Shown here: piece after piece, positions 56,423 through 64,000 of the stretch
How positions within the stretch are numbered: the stretch's first letter is position 1
Layout of the letters: each line of letters begins with the position of its first letter
Virus record (IMG/VR): IMGVR_UViG_3300027754_000034
Span: 186,001 to 250,000 of that record
DNA: 64,000 nt
Direction: 5' to 3' (one strand)
Notes under the pieces: model-generated
The model's database searches: none
What the model was told of the DNA's origin: nothing
What the model saw: only the letters and a program-made list of their open reading frames with translations
Translations under genes and position numbers: made by a program

Positions 56423-57853
56423 ATGAATGGAGAAAAACTAGCTAAATATTTAGCTACGTTAGAGCCTGGGTATACGAATAAATCCAGAATAACTTATACT
56501 TGTGAGATGTGTGGTATTCAAAATCACATTATTTTAAAATGCTTTAAAGAAAAAATATCTAAGGGCTCGTTATATTGTAAGAAGTGTTCACTGAAGCAGA
56601 AATGGCAAGATGAAGAATATCGATCTAAAATAAAGAAAAGTCAAGAAATAATATGGAATGAAACTGATACGAAAAATAAAATATCGGAAAAAAGCAAGAA
56701 ATTGTGGCAAGATCCCGAATACAAATCTGCTCAGTTAAAAATTCACTCCGACCCCGAATATCTAAAATCAGCTAGAGAACATTCAATAGACAATTGGAAG
56801 AGTGTAGAATTCAGAGAAAACCAACTGAAAACTCGAAATACTCCTGATTTTAAAGCAAAACAGTCACAATCAATGCGTGATTTATGGAATTCTAACAAAT
56901 ATGTAGAAAAAACCCTTCTGTCCTTATCAAAAAAATTCAGTAGTGACTTTAAATCATCGTTAGAGATCATAACATCTAATATTTTAACTGCTCTTAGTAT
57001 TTCATATAAAGAGCAGTATGTAGTAGGACCCTATATTTTTGATTTTTATCTTCCCGATTTTAAAGTATATATTGAATGTCAAGGAGAGTATTGGCATTCA
57101 TTAGAATCTGCTGTTAAGCGTGATGCGAGTAAATCTACTTATCTAAGGAAGGCTCATTCTGATAGTAAGTTTTTGTACTTAAATGAGGTAGATTTCTGCA
57201 ATCCTACTTTAATCAAGCAAAAAATTATTAGTATTTGTGGTTCGACTGCCATAACACAGGTTAAGTCGTTCGAATTAAAAAGTGTAGATATTAAGTTAAT
57301 TAAAAAGGATGATCGGGATTTTAATTTAGCACATAACTTGTTAACTAGTTTTCATTATGCGGGTTTTGGTAGAGCTGCTAAGGTAATATTTGGAGCATAT
57401 AAGGATAAGGAGCTCATAGCCGTATGTAAGTTTTCACCGCCAATAAGACAGGAAGTGGCCACCTCTTTAGGCATTAGTCCTAAAAATATGCTTGAGCTTG
57501 ATAGGTTCTGTATAAAACCAGATAGGCAAATAAAGAATTTTGCTAGTTGGTTTTTATCGAGAGCAGCTAAACTCATTTTTAGTATAGATTCTTCAAAATC
57601 TCACTTGGTGTCTTTTGCTGATAGCACTTACAATCACTTAGGAACTATTTATAAAGCAGCCAATTGGGCGTATGTTGGTGTTGTTTCCCCTGATTATTAC
57701 TACGTTAATGGTCAGGGCTGGATATTACACAAAAAGACATTATATAATCAAGCTGTAAGAAATAAAATGAGGGAGTCTGATTATGCTGAAAAGCATCATT
57801 ATGTAAAAATATACGGAAAAGAAAAATATAAATTTATTCTTGCTAAGTCTTGA
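56423..57853 (+). CDS. Zn ribbon/helical repeats + Vsr/DUF559-like endonuclease + Mom-like GNAT fusion, copy C (intact)
   Basis: CEMC..CKKC; W.D.EY helical repeats; DFYLPDFKVYIECQGEYWH; FHYAG, LELDRFC, VSFADSTYNHLGTIYKAANW. Confidence 0.78.
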   Translation: MNGEKLAKYLATLEPGYTNKSRITYTCEMCGIQNHIILKCFKEKISKGSLYCKKCSLKQKWQDEEYRSKIKKSQEIIWNETDTKNKISEKSKKLWQDPEYKSAQLKIHSDPEYLKSAREHSIDNWKSVEFRENQLKTRNTPDFKAKQSQSMRDLWNSNKYVEKTLLSLSKKFSSDFKSSLEIITSNILTALSISYKEQYVVGPYIFDFYLPDFKVYIECQGEYWHSLESAVKRDASKSTYLRKAHSDSKFLYLNEVDFCNPTLIKQKIISICGSTAITQVKSFELKSVDIKLIKKDDRDFNLAHNLLTSFHYAGFGRAAKVIFGAYKDKELIAVCKFSPPIRQEVATSLGISPKNMLELDRFCIKPDRQIKNFASWFLSRAAKLIFSIDSSKSHLVSFADSTYNHLGTIYKAANWAYVGVVSPDYYYVNGQGWILHKKTLYNQAVRNKMRESDYAEKHHYVKIYGKEKYKFILAKS

Positions 57854-57880
57854 CATTGTTATTTAGCTTTTGATTATAAT
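57850..57880 (+). promoter_or_regulatory. Sigma70-type promoter candidate
   Basis: Perfect TTGACA (57850) and TATAAT (57875) but a 19-bp spacer. Confidence 0.4.
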
Positions 57881-57891
57881 ATGGTTTTGTA

Positions 57892-59025
57892 ATGGATAGT
57901 CATGGGTTTGTATTAACAGAAGCTGCTCAATATGCATTTAAATGTCAGGATGTTTATCCTGACATTTTGTCTTTTGCTGCTGCAATCCCAGAACATCTCA
58001 AGCCGATATTTCTTTTACCCGTTAAGATGGAAGCTATTGTGGCTTCTGAATCTAACTATTTGATAGCTACTCGAATAGCAGCGTGTGCTATGGATGGATC
58101 CACCCCTGAGGGTGATCTTTTTAGTTATCAATCATTCTTATATAATGATATAGAACCTACTATTCCTAATTCATCTCCGGGATCTATTTTCGATATAAGT
58201 GACGCCGATAGTCTTACCCATCATCAAGAGTATAATTTCGATCAAAATATTCAAGTTCCGACTGATACGAGTTATATGTCTGATGTTGATATGACTCAAT
58301 ATTTCAGTTATCCATATAGAACGGTAGAACAGCCCGTAAGAAAATCCTCACTGAACTCCCATCATGTTGCTTTAATCAGATTAGCACTAAATCCGGATTA
58401 TTTGGAAACGAAAACTCCCAGAAAAATAAAGAAAAATGCTGATGAATGCACTGTAATTTTGATAGATTATGATCGGAAGACACGAACTTTTACATTTAAT
58501 GTGGTTTGTGGTAGCGATAAAAAAGTAGTAAAAGCCGCTTTATCTGATGTAAGAAATGTTGTACTGGTTTGCAATTGCGAATTCTGGAGATACAATGGTC
58601 CTGATTACAATGCGAAAACCAACAAATTTTTATTAGGTCCCCCCGTTGGTCGTGCTACTCCCCCAAATATAAGAGATCCTAAGCGACAATATTGGCTTTG
58701 TAAGCATACGTATGCTGTCATAGTTAGATTAGACGATTTCTTGAAGGACATTTCTTCGGAAAATCTAGAACTTGACGAAAAGTCCTTGTTAAATGTAGTA
58801 GATAGGGAGTATGATAGGTTAGCAGAGAAGACTCTAGTTCCTCTTGAAGATGTCGAGCAGGACGTGGAAGTAGATTGGGAGGGATTTGATGGGCAACAAC
58901 AAATCCCTGTTTATTTTGATGAAGATGAGCAGCAACAAACTCCTGTCGATATGGAACAGGATCAACAAGATGTAATCCAACTCACTCAGGATGACGTCCA
59001 ATTTTTACAGCAACAGCAAAAATAA
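57892..59025 (+). CDS. SWIM-type Zn-finger protein with acidic/Gln tail
   Basis: CNCEFW...CKH. Confidence 0.55.
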   Translation: MDSHGFVLTEAAQYAFKCQDVYPDILSFAAAIPEHLKPIFLLPVKMEAIVASESNYLIATRIAACAMDGSTPEGDLFSYQSFLYNDIEPTIPNSSPGSIFDISDADSLTHHQEYNFDQNIQVPTDTSYMSDVDMTQYFSYPYRTVEQPVRKSSLNSHHVALIRLALNPDYLETKTPRKIKKNADECTVILIDYDRKTRTFTFNVVCGSDKKVVKAALSDVRNVVLVCNCEFWRYNGPDYNAKTNKFLLGPPVGRATPPNIRDPKRQYWLCKHTYAVIVRLDDFLKDISSENLELDEKSLLNVVDREYDRLAEKTLVPLEDVEQDVEVDWEGFDGQQQIPVYFDEDEQQQTPVDMEQDQQDVIQLTQDDVQFLQQQQK

Positions 59026-59048
59026 CTCACTACTTTGTAAAGTAGTAT

Positions 59049-59453
59049 ATGCCTACATATAGTTATAAGTGCACTTCTGATTCATGTGAAAATGTTCAGG
59101 AGTGTGTAGCTTCCATGAAAGAATATAATGTAATCACTCCAGCATGTAAAGAGTGTGGTAGTTTATGTAATTATTTCTATGTGCCTTCGGTTCCCTTGGT
59201 TTCATTTTTGGACGGTCCTTCGGGCAGTTGGCCATCAAAGGGAAATCGGTTCAAAAAGCACCGAGAAAAGTCTGCTGAAGCCGCTAGCCTAAGGCAAAGA
59301 GATAGATATGGTGCAGTGGGCGGGGCTGTCCCGAATTTTCAAGGTAAAGATACGGGTACTTGGGCAGAAGCTCAATTTCAGGCTATGAAAGAAAAAGGTG
59401 TGGAAAGTGCTGCTACATATAATGATAAGGTAAAATCCGAAAAGACGAAGTAA
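59049..59453 (+). CDS. FmdB-like zinc-ribbon protein with C-terminal extension
   Basis: MPTYSYKC..DSC...CKECG. Confidence 0.7.
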   Translation: MPTYSYKCTSDSCENVQECVASMKEYNVITPACKECGSLCNYFYVPSVPLVSFLDGPSGSWPSKGNRFKKHREKSAEAASLRQRDRYGAVGGAVPNFQGKDTGTWAEAQFQAMKEKGVESAATYNDKVKSEKTK

Positions 59454-59486
59454 CTATTGGTCTTTTATTCAGTCGTCTACATTAAG

Positions 59487-60128
59487 ATGCCGAGAGTATT
59501 TTCTTTAAATCGTCGCAGGAAAAATCTTTTAGATATAGTCATTTCTTCAAAATCTGACGTCGGATCATATCAATTCGCGGTATCAGATAATTTTGATGGA
59601 ATGTTTTCGGATTTTCAAGTAGTGCCCAAGGCGGGATACCGTTCTAAAGGTGTAGTAGAAGGATCTCAGTCTTATTCGGGGTTTAGAGGGTTAACCAGAT
59701 TCCTTCTAAATCCAGAAGACTACGTGATGTCTTTCCCGGACCTGGATGATACAAAGCCTTTTTGGATTACTGTATCCGAAATTCCTTATGGAGGAGCTGC
59801 TGGCGCTCCTAGTGCACCCCATTTGGTGTTGCCATATAACACCACCCCTAATCTAGGCTTTAATATTTCGGGAAGCGTTTCTGCTACGGTTACTGAAATA
59901 CAATTACCACAATTAGTTTCTAATATTGTAATAGATGTAGTGGGTCCAGATGGTTTAAATTTGGCCTATGAGGAAAATGGAACCGTATTTACTATCCCAC
60001 TAAATGCGGGTCTTGACGTTGAGTATTGGTCAACATTCCACACAACCGGACAGTTATTCTTGTCTAGTACTGGAATGGACACAGAATTCAGTGCTGCTTT
60101 CCGACTGATGAACAGTTTAGCCTTATAA
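59487..60128 (+). CDS. Putative structural protein
   Basis: Beta-rich ORF; ATG 59487 preferred. Confidence 0.5.
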   Translation: MPRVFSLNRRRKNLLDIVISSKSDVGSYQFAVSDNFDGMFSDFQVVPKAGYRSKGVVEGSQSYSGFRGLTRFLLNPEDYVMSFPDLDDTKPFWITVSEIPYGGAAGAPSAPHLVLPYNTTPNLGFNISGSVSATVTEIQLPQLVSNIVIDVVGPDGLNLAYEENGTVFTIPLNAGLDVEYWSTFHTTGQLFLSSTGMDTEFSAAFRLMNSLAL

Positions 60129-60157
60129 TACTTTACCAAAATTGGTAGGAGATTTCA

Positions 60158-60712
60158 ATGCCCCTGATTTACATAAGAGTTGTTAATGAACAAGTCATTG
60201 ACCGGTCACTTTTAATAGATAAAATTGACAAGAGCCAGGGGAACTTTGAAGGTTATGCTCAGCGTGCAAAACAGGCTGTTTATATCCCTTACGTAAATCC
60301 GGATGATACTTCTGTAAAGGGGTATTTAAATCTGGTACCTACGGATGAAGTCCTGTTGGCGGCAAATAATGGATCTATAAAGGGTCTTTCAGACGCTAAC
60401 TACATTACTTTCTCTCCTGTAGACGCTTTAGCGATTGCGAAAAGCGTGGTTGTGGCTGCGGCCAACGACGTCATGAACAACTGGACTGACGTGGATGGCT
60501 TGACTTTTACATCTGTTTACCCAGATGACACTCGTCTCCAATTGAAGAATATGGGTGGAACGGTCCAGACAATTACTTCAGGGGACTTTGCAGTGTTTAC
60601 CGGTATAGCTATCCGTGTGTTGGATGCAGTAGTAACTATTGGCGTTCCAGCAGCAGGGTGGCAAGTGAGAGTCCAGGCTAATTCGCTATTTAGCGAGTGG
60701 TTCACTCTCTGA
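60158..60712 (+). CDS. Putative structural protein
   Basis: GGAG RBS, biased codons. Confidence 0.55.
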   Translation: MPLIYIRVVNEQVIDRSLLIDKIDKSQGNFEGYAQRAKQAVYIPYVNPDDTSVKGYLNLVPTDEVLLAANNGSIKGLSDANYITFSPVDALAIAKSVVVAAANDVMNNWTDVDGLTFTSVYPDDTRLQLKNMGGTVQTITSGDFAVFTGIAIRVLDAVVTIGVPAAGWQVRVQANSLFSEWFTL

Positions 60713-60742
60713 TAAGACTTTAGAATAAAGAGGAGCAAACAA

Positions 60743-61543
60743 ATGCGAGTCGGTGCTATCAGAACGGACATTCAAAAGGTTTACTTAGCGGACATTGAGA
60801 ATCGCGCTCAGCGTTGCTTCTCTAGCGAGCCGCCAGGGCAGTCTCGTTATCTCGAAAAGCCGTCAGATGACGACTTTAAGAGCGTGTTAGATACGTACGC
60901 GTTTTTGTCGCTGTACGGGTCTAACAATGCGGCTACGGTCAACACGACTGGTGGAAATAACGTTTTTAAGGTTCGCGTTTCAGCGACAGCTGCCTACACG
61001 ACCATTAACGTTACCTCGAATGCTGCTTTAGCTAAAGCTACGATCCGTAATGAGTTGAATGCAGGATTTGAATCTGCCAGCCTTCCGCTAGTTGCTCGTT
61101 TAGTGGGCAATCGCATCATCGTAGATTCAAATGGATCAAATTCCGGTCCGGCTGCTTACATTGGGGTTGATGTTGGTGGCAATTCAACACTCAATCCGAT
61201 AGTGGGCTTCACGGCTGGTGCACTCTCTGGGTTATCAGTTACTGCTCTTAAAGCGGCAGTATATGCTGGTGGTACAGTAGATGTTTCGAGCGCCACTATT
61301 TTGGCTCTTTCTACTTTTACCCGTTTGCTTGCTGCAGCTCAGGATGCACTAGTCGGCGGTATAGCAGACTTGGCAGCACCAAGTCTCATTGAGACCGGTC
61401 CCGTTCTCTTGTCCTTCGTTTATGGTAATCTCTCTAAGTACAACTCGGCTGATTTCCAGCCGGGTGGAGACAGAGCAGGTTTAACTGCTGGTGCGGCTGT
61501 TGTCTGCTTAGAAGACGACGGTTCTACTCTTTTCTCAGTCTGA
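60743..61543 (+). CDS. Putative structural protein
   Basis: GAGGAG RBS, Ala/Gly-rich, biased codons, hairpin downstream. Confidence 0.55.
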   Translation: MRVGAIRTDIQKVYLADIENRAQRCFSSEPPGQSRYLEKPSDDDFKSVLDTYAFLSLYGSNNAATVNTTGGNNVFKVRVSATAAYTTINVTSNAALAKATIRNELNAGFESASLPLVARLVGNRIIVDSNGSNSGPAAYIGVDVGGNSTLNPIVGFTAGALSGLSVTALKAAVYAGGTVDVSSATILALSTFTRLLAAAQDALVGGIADLAAPSLIETGPVLLSFVYGNLSKYNSADFQPGGDRAGLTAGAAVVCLEDDGSTLFSV

Positions 61544-61557
61544 GAGAGCGTAGTATT

Positions 61558-61596
61558 TTATGCCTACCCAGGGTGTGAATCCCCGGGTAGGCATAA
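61558..61596 (+). terminator. Hairpin after the 60743 gene
   Basis: ttatgcctaccc...gggtaggcataa. Confidence 0.6.
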
Positions 61597-61640
61597 TCGT
61601 ATTAGTGGTTCGATGAGTATTGTGTGTTGGAAAATTTAAA

Positions 61641-61874
61641 ATGGAACAAGAAGAATTAGAAACTCATGACATTTATTTGGCGGCTTATCTTAGCATCGCG
61701 GGTTGTGCGCTTAAACGCAGATATCGAACTGGTCCCAGGGTTTATTTTGTATTTGTAAATCCTGCAGGTTCTATAAATGAACTACGTGAATCGTATTATG
61801 CTGGTAGCGCGACTGTAAAAGCCCATGACTTCTCACAAAAAGTGATCGGGATGAAGAATCTTTGCTTTGAATGA
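61641..61874 (+). CDS. Small phage protein, DUF5659-like
   Basis: ETHDIYLAAYL...G...VYFVF pattern. Confidence 0.5.
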   Translation: MEQEELETHDIYLAAYLSIAGCALKRRYRTGPRVYFVFVNPAGSINELRESYYAGSATVKAHDFSQKVIGMKNLCFE

Positions 61875-61878
61875 GTGA

Positions 61879-62172
61879 TTATTGACTTGCTATTTGCCGC
61901 AATTTTTTTGGTTTAGATTCGAATATTCCACTATCTAGGTGGGTGGATTCAGCTTTTCCCTGCATCTCGTCTTTTTTGTCACGTATCATATTTGCTAAAT
62001 AACCGAGGTTTTCCGTTATTTCAAGTTCTTTAGGTGCAGTCAGTACTCTATGAATTTTATCTAATATTTCGATTAAGTTCTCAGAATACCAAAATTCTTT
62101 ATTCTTAGGTATTCCTGACCAATTGAGTTCCTCGATGCCAGCTATTCTGAAGGAGATTTTTCTCAGATTCAT
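61879..62172 (-). CDS. Small protein with MNLRKISFRIA leader
   Basis: ATG 62172 gives a leader matching other virion-type proteins. Confidence 0.55.
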   Translation of the reverse strand: MNLRKISFRIAGIEELNWSGIPKNKEFWYSENLIEILDKIHRVLTAPKELEITENLGYLANMIRDKKDEMQGKAESTHLDSGIFESKPKKLRQIASQ

Positions 62173-62225
62173 AATTCTTGCTCTATTCAAGAGCCTTTAT
62201 TAGATTACTAATAATTAATTCAATT

Positions 62226-62609
62226 ATGAGCCGTTTAGTGTCTAGTGGTGTTATAATATACGATCAGATAGTAATAGTTGATCCTCTGAATTCTCAGGAT
62301 AGAGTACTGGATGTCTTAGTCGGTGATTTATCTTTAAATCTTTTTGTTAACAATGTGAAATATAACTGGGATATCTTAGATGGATCATCAGTATTAGATT
62401 CAAATATCTCTCCTGGGAGTATTTATTTTAATGAAATTAGTGGATCCCCGGGTTTTTATTCTGTAAGATTCTATCCTGATAAAACTGGCTATTGGTATAC
62501 ATCTTACGTATATAGTGTAAACTCGCTTGAAATTGTTAGGGATTATGATTTAGTACCAAGAAATTTCTTCGGGTCTTCTTCTTCTGGCATAGTCGCCAGC
62601 TTTACTTGA
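62226..62609 (+). CDS. Putative structural protein
   Basis: Beta-rich; ATG 62226 preferred. Confidence 0.5.
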   Translation: MSRLVSSGVIIYDQIVIVDPLNSQDRVLDVLVGDLSLNLFVNNVKYNWDILDGSSVLDSNISPGSIYFNEISGSPGFYSVRFYPDKTGYWYTSYVYSVNSLEIVRDYDLVPRNFFGSSSSGIVASFT

Positions 62610-62610
62610 T

Positions 62611-63294
62611 ATGACCGTAGTTTATAAGAATCAGCAGCTTAGTGTAGGCGAGATAAGCTTGCAGCTACAGAATGCTGAAGGGCAAATCATTAATGTCAAT
62701 TCCGTCACATACTCTATTTATGCGTTAGATGGGAAATTAGTTTCGGGAAAATCTTTACCAGCCATTTTGGCTGTTGATGGAAAATACTATATTCCTTGGG
62801 AATCCAATATACCAAATGGTACTTATAAAATTTTGTGGGAAATCAATACAAATGGCATCCAGATAGAAATCAAAGAATCATATATTTTTGTGTTAGATAA
62901 GGCGGCTTATCCTAAATCTCCTTCAAGTGTCTGTTGTATTCTGCCTTCTAGTATACCTAATCCATTATCAAAAGTCTTTATATCAGGAACAACATTAGGT
63001 CCTGAAGATTTAAATATGTACTTGAACGATTCAATAACAGGTCTTTTCATCGACCCTTATTCAATATATTGGACGATATTTAACTGTCGCGGTTGTATCG
63101 AAACCCGGAAAACTGTTGGGTCTAAATACGCTGTTGGTAAATTTTACGCCCCGTACACCGTAATGGGTCCGACTGCTGAATATGATATAGTATGGGAATT
63201 TAAAGAGAATGTGAATTCACCTCTGATGTCAAAAACTCAGAGATTCTCAGTGTTAAATACTACAAACCTAAAATTTAAAGAGTGTGACTGTTAA
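62611..63294 (+). CDS. Putative structural protein (duplicated Ig-like domain)
   Basis: Two similar halves ending G.Y.I.WE. Confidence 0.5.
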   Translation: MTVVYKNQQLSVGEISLQLQNAEGQIINVNSVTYSIYALDGKLVSGKSLPAILAVDGKYYIPWESNIPNGTYKILWEINTNGIQIEIKESYIFVLDKAAYPKSPSSVCCILPSSIPNPLSKVFISGTTLGPEDLNMYLNDSITGLFIDPYSIYWTIFNCRGCIETRKTVGSKYAVGKFYAPYTVMGPTAEYDIVWEFKENVNSPLMSKTQRFSVLNTTNLKFKECDC

Positions 63295-63651
63295 CGTTTA
63301 TCAAACAGTTTCTTGGTCTTTCTGGTCTCTCTGTCTACTGTAGTGTTTCTATCGAGATCTGCTTCCTCGGAGAGGAGGTTAGCCATGTCCTCGGCTTCAT
63401 TTTCATCATCATCATCAGTTTCAGGTGCTGGTTTTTCATACTCTCTAAAGAAATAATCTAATCTTTTATCTAGTATGGTAAGGTTATCAACCTATTGTTT
63501 CCGGGTCTTTACCTGATAAAGCACCCGACATACCCCAAGCCACGAGATTAGAAGTCTCTGTTTTCCAAAAATCAGGATTTTTAGGTAAGTTATCGAATTT
63601 AGGTATTAAATCTAATGATGCGATCCGAGTAGCTATCCTTTTAAGATTCAT
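63291..63651 (-). pseudogene. Frameshifted gene absent from the ORF track
   Basis: MNLKRIATRIAS...PETIG* (63651..63487) continues in the +1 frame as VDNLTILDKRLDYFF...KKLFDKR*, ending at 63291 and overlapping the neighbour's stop. Confidence 0.55.
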
Positions 63652-63685
63652 AAATAATCATTAAAATTTCGGATTAAAACCACAA

Positions 63686-63982
63686 TTATCGCAAGTTCAT
63701 GAATTTTCTAATTCTTGGAGCTTCTGTATGATCTAGTAACGAATCAAAATTATCACGCTTTATGTATGTGTCTATGATATCATATATGAAACCTTCCTTA
63801 GACCGTGTCTTCCTAAAATCGTAAGATTCAAAGAAAGAGTAGAGGCACACTACTTTTTCTGATATTATGCGACTGAGTATTAATGCTTCCAGATTGATTG
63901 ATTCTCCCTCGCTATAACTTCCATATACTGGGCCTCTGAATACCGGAACTGATTTCTTGATGGAGTCGAAAAACTCTATCAT
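63686..63982 (-). CDS. Hypothetical protein
   Basis: 98-aa ORF at the window edge. Confidence 0.45.
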   Translation of the reverse strand: MIEFFDSIKKSVPVFRGPVYGSYSEGESINLEALILSRIISEKVVCLYSFFESYDFRKTRSKEGFIYDIIDTYIKRDNFDSLLDHTEAPRIRKFMNLR

Positions 63983-64000
63983 TAATGGTTCTGGGTGTCG

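Noticed and set aside
1-64000. Eukaryotic giant virus origin (thaumatin, H1-like protein, TFS-like ribbons)
   Set aside because: Shine-Dalgarno sites, polycistronic overlaps, HK97-type head module, TerL/portal, lipoboxes, endolysin and Pol III subunits all indicate a bacteriophage

Overview
The window is 64 kb of a large, AT-rich tailed bacteriophage (Caudoviricetes) genome in the standard code 11, densely coding and mostly on the + strand. All assignments come from motif recognition by eye; no database search was run. About 1-20.9 kb is a replication/recombination/transcription module: clamp-loader delta', delta and DnaX, a DnaN-like clamp, class II B12-dependent ribonucleotide reductase, RecD2 helicase, SbcD-like phosphoesterase, a split SbcC half, RecB-like nuclease, Toprim primase, 5'-3' exonuclease, NusG and a sigma-like HTH protein. 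About 21-46.5 kb is virion morphogenesis: fibres, terminase, portal, prohead protease, scaffold, decoration protein and a major capsid protein resembling the Bxz1/cluster C mycobacteriophage type. About 46.6-55 kb is a mixed-orientation accessory island: two lipoproteins including a thaumatin-like protein, a methyltransferase, endolysin, a DenV-like glycosylase, Fe/Mn superoxide dismutase and a GT51 peptidoglycan polymerase. About 55-64 kb holds further virion-type genes. The strongest novelty candidate is a three-copy family of free-standing genes fusing a variable DNA-binding N-terminus, a Vsr/DUF559-like endonuclease and a Mom-like GNAT DNA-modification domain. One copy is split by an amber codon at the nuclease boundary, and another has a 43-bp duplicate of its nuclease-boundary sequence just upstream. 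A recurrent RIAxRIA leader and [K/R]-x-A motif across virion proteins suggests a capsid-targeting/maturation-cleavage code. No tRNA, rRNA, CRISPR array or intein was seen.
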